64,000 nt of DNA from a virus (lineage: Duplodnaviria > Caudoviricetes), in the IMG/VR virus record IMGVR_UViG_3300012956_000012, positions 1-64,000 of that record. The stretch is one strand, 5' to 3'. Under the pieces are notes generated by a model, which saw nothing but the letters and a program-made list of their open reading frames with translations, searched no databases and was not told where the DNA came from. Within the stretch, counting starts at the first letter, position 1; every line of letters begins with the position of its first letter. The translations under genes and the position numbers were made by a program. Below, piece after piece: positions 47,645 to 56,189 of the stretch.

Positions 47645-50600
47645 TATTCGTATGTTTTTAATGATTGTGTGTTAACAAACACTTCTATCTCTTCAGCTAC
47701 AAATTCGGAGAATGTTCTCTGATTGTACAACTGTGAATTCATTTTCATTTCTTCAACCTCTTCATCAGACAGTTCTTGTGTGTTTAAAGGTGTGCTGAAC
47801 ACTCTGTTACCGTCCATAAATATCGAGTGGTTCCACTGTGTACCATCTGATTCTAATTTGAAAGTGTAAGCACCTTTCTCAGCTCCATTGTACAAAGAAT
47901 CTACGGTTCTTGCTAAATCTGGGCTTATATTTGCTGCGTAGTTTATTACATCATTCTTAACCATGAAAGGTAAGTCTGTTCCGAATACGGTTTGAGACGT
48001 TTCTCTGAGTCTTCTAAACCTGCCAGCTCCGTTAGCAGCATCTGAGTCTCTAAGCGCCTTAACACTTGCATCTCCAAGGTCAACAGTTGGGGCATAGTCG
48101 CCGTAGATAGCATTGTAATCTGATCGTTTACCACTTCCCATATTGACTCCTGACTCTTTAAGTTGTTCCTCTGTTAGACTTCCTAACGGTTTCGAAACAA
48201 AGTATCCAGTCTTGCTGTCCTTCTTTTTATACGAAGCTAAATATGTACCTTTTGGAGCTCCGGTAGCTGGATCTAGTACTGGTATCAAATCTATAACTCC
48301 TATCTTATCATCAGATATTCCTAATTGTCTTTTTAGTGCACTCAGCATTTCTGGCGTTTTTTCCTCTGAAAATACGTGAGTTACTTTAGATGGATTTAAG
48401 TTAAGAGCTTCATATTCCTTATCTATACTTAATTTTACTTTATCAATACTCGTACTGATGTCAGCTTGCAACCCTGTATTAAAGGTTTTATCCCAATTCA
48501 TGGCACTGTCACTCCACTCTAAATCTGCTCTGTTGAAGTCTGATAAGTAATAATCTGAGGAAGCTATTGGATCTTCATACCCTGTGAAAGGTATTCGCTC
48601 TCTTTGTGTTCTTACACCAACTTTTCTATTGTAATTTTTTATAGCCCATTGTAGTTTCTTATCTGCCTCTTTATTTCCAGACTTAGCTTCAGAAGCCAGA
48701 GACACTAAATCTCCCAAGCCATCTGGTAACTGGTCTGTTAAACCTCTCCCTTGTAAGTCTAGTCCTTTATTGAATAAGAAACTTAAATTGTCGGGGGTCA
48801 TTTGAGATACAGGTACTTGTGTAGTACCTGCTTCGCTGTCTTGTGCGGTGATCTTATATTCCTCATACCAATTAGAAGACATCATGTCTCTTCCAGAGGA
48901 AGTCTTCTGTCTAAAGTCTTTGTCAATTTTTGAGTAAATAAGTTGTCTGTCGGACTTACTAATCTCTGGATCTGCTAGAAGATGTCTGTGCGAATACCAA
49001 TCTAAAGTAGCTTTTTCAGACTCAGTTAACTTCCTCTCTTTAGAAGCTCTCGTTAAGTTTGCATAGTAGTTTCCAGCGGCTTTATTTACTTTTTCTACTT
49101 TGAATCCTCCTTTTCCATCGACTACTAATTTTTCCTGATAGTTAGGAAGAGAGTTTGGGTCGATATCACCACCTTTAGATAAAACTGTACCTAGTTTGAA
49201 TTGTGATTTCTGAACCAAATTATCTATGGTTTTATAATAGGCTTTCTTTGCGCCGCTATCTCTAAGTACATTTGTATTAAACTCATCAACAGCTTTTGAG
49301 ACATACTTGTTTGTAAAGTCTAAAGTGACTTCACGTCCATTTGAAAGTTTAACTTTTACCTTATCTCTGCCAGCCGATCCTTTTTTAAGTTCAGCTACTA
49401 AGCCTGGATCAGAAAGATCGTTCTCTGTAATACCTTGTCCTGACAATACGTTTGCCATTCCTTTAATAGACTCTTCCTGTTTCCTAGCAATCATTGCCGA
49501 GGCACCTTCTACTGGTTTATCTCCATATACAGTAGCCTCAGTCTTCTTCCTATCTGGAGTTTCATCTGCCGGAAGAATTTCTCCGTTAGGCCCTAGTTTT
49601 GCACCTCTACTTTTAGCTTGAGCTTTTGCCAAGTCTAGCTCGTATTTTTTCTCGTTAAGTGCTAATTGCTTATCTGCTCTTGTGCTATTATGTACTGCAA
49701 GTTCATAGTTTCTTGTTGCAGTGTCCAAATCATTTACCTCACTTTTTACAAAACGTGATTCATAAGAGTATGCATTTAAGTAATTTTCTTTGAATCTGTT
49801 GGTGTAAAGCGTCGTATAGGCTGCCTCTTTACCAATATTATCGTAAGAGCTTGATTTTAACATTCCCATTTCAGCCTCAAAACCTTTGATCAACTGATCA
49901 TACTCAGCCTTTTTAGATGCATCTGTGGTAGCTGCACGAAGAGATTTGTATTTATTTACAGCTTCTTGTCTTTGAGACACTTTTTGATCAATAGTAGAGT
50001 TGTATGTTTCTCTTACCGCTTCATCTGGTGCTTGGCTGTACAATCCCCAAGCATTTATTTTAAGTTGCTCTCTAGCTTTCTGATCTAACATTCCTTCTAA
50101 GGCCGCTTCAACTTTCGCTCTTGGTATTGTCTCGTAGGTATCTTTTGTTCTGAATACTCCATTACCCTCACCATCTACTTGATAAGTCCATTGCATTTTA
50201 TCAGCAATTTGGGGTAATTTGTCAGATACAAGTTTTTCAACGTTGATGTACTCTTTGAACCCACCACCGCCTTTGTACCTAGCACCAACTTCTTGAGAAT
50301 TTCTCCAACCTTCAGATGCCTGCATTGAGTACGCATGATTTATCTCAGAATATTTTTCTGGCTCTTTGGTTCTCTTTTCGTCCCACTCTTTTTGCTCAGT
50401 CCTAAATACTCTTGTAGACATAACAGCGTTCTTCACGTTGTCATCTACAATTTGGTTTAAGTTTCTTTGAACTACATTTAAAAGGCCCGGATCAGACAGG
50501 TCTGCATTTGCATATTTATTGGTAACCTGTGTAATAAGATCAATTCTGTTTTCTAAGTAGTCTCTATCTACATCTTTGTAGACATCAAGCTCTTCAAAAT

Positions 50601-50739
50601 TATCTATAACAGATTGGAGACGCTGCCTGTTTGTGTCTAGGTTTCCTTGCTTGTACTGTAATACATTGGATATTAGACTGAAGTCAGGAGTGTAAAGAGG
50701 TACCTGATTATAGTTATGTAGTATTCCGTATGAATTCAT
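47644..50739 (-). CDS. large virion cargo/ejection protein
   Basis: 1031 aa; YTPDFSLISNVLQYKQ N-terminus resembles crAss-like cargo proteins; context. Confidence 0.6.
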   Translation of the reverse strand: MNSYGILHNYNQVPLYTPDFSLISNVLQYKQGNLDTNRQRLQSVIDNFEELDVYKDVDRDYLENRIDLITQVTNKYANADLSDPGLLNVVQRNLNQIVDDNVKNAVMSTRVFRTEQKEWDEKRTKEPEKYSEINHAYSMQASEGWRNSQEVGARYKGGGGFKEYINVEKLVSDKLPQIADKMQWTYQVDGEGNGVFRTKDTYETIPRAKVEAALEGMLDQKAREQLKINAWGLYSQAPDEAVRETYNSTIDQKVSQRQEAVNKYKSLRAATTDASKKAEYDQLIKGFEAEMGMLKSSSYDNIGKEAAYTTLYTNRFKENYLNAYSYESRFVKSEVNDLDTATRNYELAVHNSTRADKQLALNEKKYELDLAKAQAKSRGAKLGPNGEILPADETPDRKKTEATVYGDKPVEGASAMIARKQEESIKGMANVLSGQGITENDLSDPGLVAELKKGSAGRDKVKVKLSNGREVTLDFTNKYVSKAVDEFNTNVLRDSGAKKAYYKTIDNLVQKSQFKLGTVLSKGGDIDPNSLPNYQEKLVVDGKGGFKVEKVNKAAGNYYANLTRASKERKLTESEKATLDWYSHRHLLADPEISKSDRQLIYSKIDKDFRQKTSSGRDMMSSNWYEEYKITAQDSEAGTTQVPVSQMTPDNLSFLFNKGLDLQGRGLTDQLPDGLGDLVSLASEAKSGNKEADKKLQWAIKNYNRKVGVRTQRERIPFTGYEDPIASSDYYLSDFNRADLEWSDSAMNWDKTFNTGLQADISTSIDKVKLSIDKEYEALNLNPSKVTHVFSEEKTPEMLSALKRQLGISDDKIGVIDLIPVLDPATGAPKGTYLASYKKKDSKTGYFVSKPLGSLTEEQLKESGVNMGSGKRSDYNAIYGDYAPTVDLGDASVKALRDSDAANGAGRFRRLRETSQTVFGTDLPFMVKNDVINYAANISPDLARTVDSLYNGAEKGAYTFKLESDGTQWNHSIFMDGNRVFSTPLNTQELSDEEVEEMKMNSQLYNQRTFSEFVAEEIEVFVNTQSLKTYE

Positions 50740-50754
50740 ATTCTGATAATGAAC

Positions 50755-50767
50755 TGTAAAATTAGTG
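50755..50767 (-). promoter_or_regulatory. candidate late promoter CACTAATTTTACA
   Basis: identical 13-mer at 55249-55261; both lie 12-15 nt upstream of a start codon. Confidence 0.55.
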
Positions 50768-50809
50768 AAAATATTTTAATTGACCAAAATAAATTGCGTA
50801 TAATATTAG

Positions 50810-50833
50810 AAAAGCTCCACTTAATGTGGAGCT
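50810..50833 (-). terminator. intrinsic terminator
   Basis: agctccac-ttaat-gtggagct stem; T run on the - strand. Confidence 0.7.
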
Positions 50834-51032
50834 AATTTACTTTTCGCCAATACTCTGGATAATTTTCGATGTCTTCTGGTTTCAACTTTTTGAAATCAGG
50901 GTCTTTAATGTTTTTCGCCATTATATACCCTATAGTTGTTCCACCTGTGGCTTTCAACTCTAAGGCTAGTGTGCCTAACTCTGGTGAACCTGGGTACTCT
51001 CTCATTAGTTTGTACTTTTTTAGTATTGTCAT
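50832..51032 (-). CDS. small hypothetical protein
   Basis: YKLMREYPGSPELG...IENYPEYW. Confidence 0.65.
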   Translation of the reverse strand: MTILKKYKLMREYPGSPELGTLALELKATGGTTIGYIMAKNIKDPDFKKLKPEDIENYPEYWRKVN

Positions 51033-53128
51033 GGTGTTGTGTTTAAAGCTCTCATTGCTGCTAAGTAGTCTACTCTATCCTCAGTCCCTCTTTGCGTATT
51101 CAATTGGTAGTTATAACTAGGGGTATAGTCTACACCGGTACCCATGAAATTGAGTTGATAGTCTGGAAACATTGAGTTGAGTAAATTTAACTGCTGTTGG
51201 TTTTTGAAGTTATTTAAAGCTACTGTTTGGTTTCTGTCAAACCAGTTGCGTAATTCTTCTTCTGCCAATGCTCTTCCTCTTAAAGCTCTTTGCTCATAGT
51301 TCAATGCATTCTGACCTGCAGCTATGTTTTCTCTATCTGCCTGACCAATATTAAATAGCTCAGCTTGAGATTGATTTTGAGCATTTATTACATTGGTTTG
51401 AGTAGCTGCTTGATTTGTAGCTGTTTGTGATGTTGCCAATAATCCAGCTAATGCTGCGGCTCTTTGAGAATCCGGTAAGCCTTCTAGTTGACTCTGAACA
51501 AACTGCCTAGAATCTGCTATCTGCTGAATATTTTGATCAATACCTATTTTAATAGGGTCTATTCTTCCAAACCTATTTTCAACCTTTAACTGAGCTTCTA
51601 GTGCTGATGGTGGTAAAGAGCTTTGGTCTGGCATGTAGAACATACGTGGACCTTTTGGACTAGCCTTATAGTCAGCAGCGTAATCAGTGAAATCTTGGTT
51701 TGGCTCTTCTACTGGAGGCGCTTTTTGAGGAGCTGGCTTTCCATTTAAGTTGTATGTATTTAAAGCATAATCTGAATCTTGCCCTTTAAATTTTCTAACA
51801 TCTGCAATTCTCTCCTGAGTAGTTGGATCTAATGTAGCTAGTGTCTCGTCATCAATCTGATTTAAGGTGAAGATACCTTTTTTACCAAGCATGTCCATCT
51901 CTTCTGGAGTTACTACATCTAAGGCTGCAGCAAAACGTCCTGATGTAAAGTTACCCATCTTGGAGTCGTAAGCTCTTACCTTATCTTCCATTGAAGCACC
52001 TTTACCTAAATTGTCTCCAGAGAATGTTTCTTTCTTTTTGTAGTCATTAGCCCATTGGATAGCTTCCTCAGAGAACTTACCTGGATTTTTAGTGATGTCG
52101 TCTGAGATTGATCTCATACGTTTGTCAGCTCTTTGTTGGAAGTTGTATACCTCTTTAATCTTTTCATTAAAAGGTAGTTTCTTTTTCCATTTTACTTCAC
52201 CCTGTTTTAATGCCTCTACATCAACATAGGAACCAAATACTTGGTCGTCGGCAATAATGTCTGGGAAGTTCCTGTATAGGTTTAGAATAATTTCTTCGTT
52301 ACTTTTTTCTACACCATAATTTTTTTCGTTAGCCCTTTGATGTTCTCTTTTGAATACCTCTTCATCAGAGAATACATTTTCTCTTTTTGATAGATTGTAT
52401 TTTGTCCCCCCATCTTGATACCTTGGCATTGATCCTGTATTTACAAGCGCCATTGCATCTTCTTCTGATAGTCCATATTTCGCAGCAACTTTTTTAAACC
52501 CTTCCATAGACACCCCACCGTTTTTATAGTTAGGATTACTGTCGCCTTTAGGTTTGGCTGTTTCCTGCATGTCAAAAACTCGATCGAAAAACTCAGCTCT
52601 CATGGCCTCCTTCTCTTTCTTTTTCTGCTCTATGTCAAATATTTTCTTGGATAAATACTCTTTATTAACTCTTAGAGTTTCTTCTGGTATTTTCTTATCC
52701 AACATACTTTTCATTTTGTTGAATAAATCCTCTTGTTCCTCATTGAGCTTTTTAAGCCCAATCTTTGCAGAGTATTTGTCAATAGCTTGCGCGTAAGATG
52801 TTTTAGTAGTTACGTCAATATCGAAAATCTTTTTAAGCCTTTTTGCTTGATCAGCTTTTAAAGTTAAGGTCTTCGAAATTATTTTGGTACCGTCAGGAAT
52901 AGCCATATCAGCCCCGCCTTTCTCATGAGAGTTTCCAACTACTTTTTGAATATCTCCTTCTGGAAACTGTAAATACTCGTCACCTTCTAATTCAGCATTA
53001 GGTACAATTCCAGAATTCTCTTTTAGCCCTTGAATATATTCTCCAGTTAAAAGTTTTTCAATTGGCACTTCAGGATTTTCTTTCTTCCTGTCTACCATTT
53101 TTATTTTATTGATATCAAACTCTTGCAT
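51029..53128 (-). CDS. crAss-like virion cargo protein
   Basis: NAELEGDEY...GNSHEKGG...PDGTKIIS N-terminal domain; YKNGG and YQDGG motifs; Q/A-rich C-terminus. Confidence 0.65.
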   Translation of the reverse strand: MQEFDINKIKMVDRKKENPEVPIEKLLTGEYIQGLKENSGIVPNAELEGDEYLQFPEGDIQKVVGNSHEKGGADMAIPDGTKIISKTLTLKADQAKRLKKIFDIDVTTKTSYAQAIDKYSAKIGLKKLNEEQEDLFNKMKSMLDKKIPEETLRVNKEYLSKKIFDIEQKKKEKEAMRAEFFDRVFDMQETAKPKGDSNPNYKNGGVSMEGFKKVAAKYGLSEEDAMALVNTGSMPRYQDGGTKYNLSKRENVFSDEEVFKREHQRANEKNYGVEKSNEEIILNLYRNFPDIIADDQVFGSYVDVEALKQGEVKWKKKLPFNEKIKEVYNFQQRADKRMRSISDDITKNPGKFSEEAIQWANDYKKKETFSGDNLGKGASMEDKVRAYDSKMGNFTSGRFAAALDVVTPEEMDMLGKKGIFTLNQIDDETLATLDPTTQERIADVRKFKGQDSDYALNTYNLNGKPAPQKAPPVEEPNQDFTDYAADYKASPKGPRMFYMPDQSSLPPSALEAQLKVENRFGRIDPIKIGIDQNIQQIADSRQFVQSQLEGLPDSQRAAALAGLLATSQTATNQAATQTNVINAQNQSQAELFNIGQADRENIAAGQNALNYEQRALRGRALAEEELRNWFDRNQTVALNNFKNQQQLNLLNSMFPDYQLNFMGTGVDYTPSYNYQLNTQRGTEDRVDYLAAMRALNTTP

Positions 53129-55236
53129 TAGATATAAAGTTTTCCGTTTTCAATTTTTCTTATAACTCCTTTGACAATTTCTCCGTCGTATTCGAATTCA
53201 ACCTCGTCTCCAATCTTCTTGCCGTTAAAAGTTCCACCATCTTGGAATTTCTTCTCATAAGCTCTTGTGCTGTAGATTGGAAAATATTCGTCAGCCCCTA
53301 ATTTAGGATCAACATACATTTGGAAAAATTCTTTGTTGAACTTTTCATCAACAAATACAGGCTTACCATTAATTAGGTATGGTGTTGGTCCTTGGTACCC
53401 TTCTGGTGTCTCCATTACTGTGTATTGGTCTTTCCCATAAGTACCTACTCCAGGTATAGTGATACTCTCCCCAACCATTCTTGGATACCCATGCCCTTTT
53501 ATAGGTCGTAGTTTATCTAAGCTTAAAGGTTCTCCCTTTTTATCAGTCATTGGATTTTGGATCAACAGCTGTAATGCTTGCTCGTTTATCTGTTCCTTTG
53601 TAAGAGGTTGTACTTGTTGAGTTCCACCATCTTGGAAGGATGCTGATACTCGTCCCCTTTGTTGTAACATCTTATTTTTTAGAGCTACTTGGTCTAGGTA
53701 TTGCATTAATTGTCTATCTTCTTGTCCCGGTGATCCATACTCTTCTATTGGTAATGGTCTACCAGTGTTGGCGTCTAAATACCTTCCAACTTTAGGTGTA
53801 GTTGGTTGTGGAGTTTGTGATTGACTAGTTGTTGCTGTCGGCTCATTGAATTCAAAGAAATACGCACTTGGTGATACACTTGATTGATACACAGCTTTTG
53901 GTAATAACCCATTGGGATTTGGTCCATACAAGTCTGGGTTTGAATTTTTATCTACAAGTTGCCTAGTGTTGTATGGAGAATTAAATCCTTTTAAATTTTC
54001 CTTGTAAGCTTTAAGTTGCTCTTCGTATTTTGCATTCGCAGTGCCACCATCTTGATAGGCTGGTGTTTCATCTACATAAGATGCTCCTGGAAAAGTATAG
54101 TTCTGTCCCGGCTGCATCATAATTGGATCACCTACATTAGGTGTAGCCATTACAGGAAAGTCTACACCTTCCATTGTAATGTTATTTGACGGTATCCTGT
54201 AGTCACCTTTCCCATCCCACATACCTCTAGAACTTATTACAGGCCCATCTTGACCTTGTTGGAATGTTCCTCCATATTGATGTGTTGGAATTTCTCCTGA
54301 GGAGTTGTCATTGGATGTTTGAGATACCGGATTATACTGGCGTTTTCTTTGTTGTTTATTGTAGTAATCATTTACATACTGATTTCTCTTTTGATACCCA
54401 ATTCCTGCTGCTACATTTCTTGCGATATCAAATAGAGCTGCTCCTCCTGCTGCTACCATGGTTGCTCCTCTACCTCTTGTACCTGGTTGTGATCCTATAG
54501 CGTTTCCTAGCATATAAAGTTCAGAACTCAAGTCACTACCTGCAAAGTTTATTGGAGGAAGGTTTCCCCAAATATTTCCTTGTTGGTTTTGTTGTCCACT
54601 TTGATCTAAAGTGTTACCGTCTTGTATGGAACCATCTTCTGTTCCGGCTGGTCCATTTGTTACTTGTAACTCTAGTTGGTTAGCTTGATCTCTAGAAATC
54701 TGTCCACTTTTGTACATAGCATCAATCTCTTCGTAGGAGTTAGGTAACCTTCCTAGAGATGATGTTACAGATAGCTCTTGCTGGTTTTGCTGCGTAGGCA
54801 ATCCTTGAGTAAAATCTTGAGGCTGTTGTGTAGATGGTCCCATAGGAATTTCTTGATTTACAAGAAACTCGCTGTTTGGGTCAATACTAGGTTGTTGAAA
54901 CTGTAGTTGAGGGTAGTTAGGTATGTAGTCCTGAAAATCTGGTTGTAATCCAGTAGGTTCCTTGAAAGCTAATGTTTGGCTTAATGGTTGTTGCTGACTA
55001 TAAGTTGGTACTCTGCCTCTACCTGTTGCTGCTGGATTTTGAATGTTAGAATTTCTAGGCACTCCAAAACCTTGATTTAGATACTCTCCCAAAGGTCGTA
55101 AAGCATCATTTACTCGTTTCTTCTCTTGGGATTCTTTATATACAGCTCTTTGTAAAACTTCTTTAGTACCTATTTGTCCAGTTACAGTATCTCTGTATAA
55201 AGTTCCCATTACTTGAACTATTCTAGGATCTGGCAT
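53128..55236 (-). CDS. virion cargo protein with repeated (Y/F)QDGG motifs
   Basis: Q/P-rich low complexity; HQYGG, YQDGG and two FQDGG motifs. Confidence 0.6.
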   Translation of the reverse strand: MPDPRIVQVMGTLYRDTVTGQIGTKEVLQRAVYKESQEKKRVNDALRPLGEYLNQGFGVPRNSNIQNPAATGRGRVPTYSQQQPLSQTLAFKEPTGLQPDFQDYIPNYPQLQFQQPSIDPNSEFLVNQEIPMGPSTQQPQDFTQGLPTQQNQQELSVTSSLGRLPNSYEEIDAMYKSGQISRDQANQLELQVTNGPAGTEDGSIQDGNTLDQSGQQNQQGNIWGNLPPINFAGSDLSSELYMLGNAIGSQPGTRGRGATMVAAGGAALFDIARNVAAGIGYQKRNQYVNDYYNKQQRKRQYNPVSQTSNDNSSGEIPTHQYGGTFQQGQDGPVISSRGMWDGKGDYRIPSNNITMEGVDFPVMATPNVGDPIMMQPGQNYTFPGASYVDETPAYQDGGTANAKYEEQLKAYKENLKGFNSPYNTRQLVDKNSNPDLYGPNPNGLLPKAVYQSSVSPSAYFFEFNEPTATTSQSQTPQPTTPKVGRYLDANTGRPLPIEEYGSPGQEDRQLMQYLDQVALKNKMLQQRGRVSASFQDGGTQQVQPLTKEQINEQALQLLIQNPMTDKKGEPLSLDKLRPIKGHGYPRMVGESITIPGVGTYGKDQYTVMETPEGYQGPTPYLINGKPVFVDEKFNKEFFQMYVDPKLGADEYFPIYSTRAYEKKFQDGGTFNGKKIGDEVEFEYDGEIVKGVIRKIENGKLYI
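53230..53637. repeat. 18-bp perfect direct repeat encoding FQDGGT
   Basis: agttccaccatcttggaa at 53230-53247 and 53620-53637; degenerate copies near 54040 and 52403. Confidence 0.85.
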
Positions 55237-55248
55237 ATCTTAAATTTT

Positions 55249-55261
55249 TGTAAAATTAGTG
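55249..55261 (-). promoter_or_regulatory. candidate late promoter CACTAATTTTACA
   Basis: identical 13-mer at 50755-50767. Confidence 0.55.
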
Positions 55262-55304
55262 TTTTGTAATTTTTTGTAAAAATATCTACTACTACTGCTC
55301 AGAA

Positions 55305-56189
55305 TTATTGTTGACCAGTAGTGAAAAGACTATCAAGTTGTGGCAACTCATTTTGAACAGGTATCTCTGTCATGTATGAACTGTAAGCTTCTTCATCAGA
55401 CATTGTTTGAACATCCTCTTGAGGTTTAGCTACAACAGGTGTTGACATAGCTAGTGCATACTGTTCCAAGTATTGTTGCTTAGCTGTTTTTACTTCCTCT
55501 ATTTCAGACCTTGCTTGTGATGTTTCTCCTTTGCTTTCTTTGATAGCTTCTTTTTCTATATCGTATGTGAAGTTTGTGTATGTAGGGTTAAAATCTCCAG
55601 ACTCTATCGAAAATTTTGCTATGAAATCTTCGTTGGGATTTTCTACATCCTCAACAGTATCTTGACTTGGAGTGTAGTTTGACGGCTTAGCTGAAAAACT
55701 AGACCCCATCATACTTAAAACAGAACCAATTTTTTTATCGTAGTCAGGAGCTGTTGCATAGCCTTGACCTCTCCCTTTTTCCGGATTATACTGCCAGATG
55801 CTGTACAATGCTTCTGATACATTACTTGCATTTTGGTATTTTGATCCCCATTTTTTAACTCTGTCTTGTAATGCTGTATCTAAGTTGTTGTAAGACTTGA
55901 ACTTAGATTTTGTTGTGTAGTAAGAGTTGTTTGAAGCTTCCTTTGTAGTTGCTACATTACCAGCCTCATTTTTCCCAGCCTTTTGTCCAAAGTAGTTATA
56001 AGTTGCTGGCACATGTTTGAACCAGCCTGTTTCCAAGGCTGCTTGTGCTACGGTTAATTCTGGGAATTTATCTCCCGCTTTAGCTGCTGCTATATAGACA
56101 GATTTTGCAATGTTCCATTGAGTATCGGAAACCCCCTTCGGTTTAGAAAGGGGGATATCTGTTGTTGGTTGTAAATCTTTAGCTCTCAT
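55305..56189 (-). CDS. GH73/FlgJ-like glucosaminidase (virion-associated peptidoglycan hydrolase)
   Basis: VAQAALETGW (catalytic Glu), NYFGQK, GYATAPDY; acidic low-complexity tail. Confidence 0.85.
   Translation of the reverse strand: MRAKDLQPTTDIPLSKPKGVSDTQWNIAKSVYIAAAKAGDKFPELTVAQAALETGWFKHVPATYNYFGQKAGKNEAGNVATTKEASNNSYYTTKSKFKSYNNLDTALQDRVKKWGSKYQNASNVSEALYSIWQYNPEKGRGQGYATAPDYDKKIGSVLSMMGSSFSAKPSNYTPSQDTVEDVENPNEDFIAKFSIESGDFNPTYTNFTYDIEKEAIKESKGETSQARSEIEEVKTAKQQYLEQYALAMSTPVVAKPQEDVQTMSDEEAYSSYMTEIPVQNELPQLDSLFTTGQQ

Noticed and set aside
55284-55296. tctactactact shared with 7685-7698
   Set aside because: A short trinucleotide repeat in opposite orientation relative to local transcription; likely chance.
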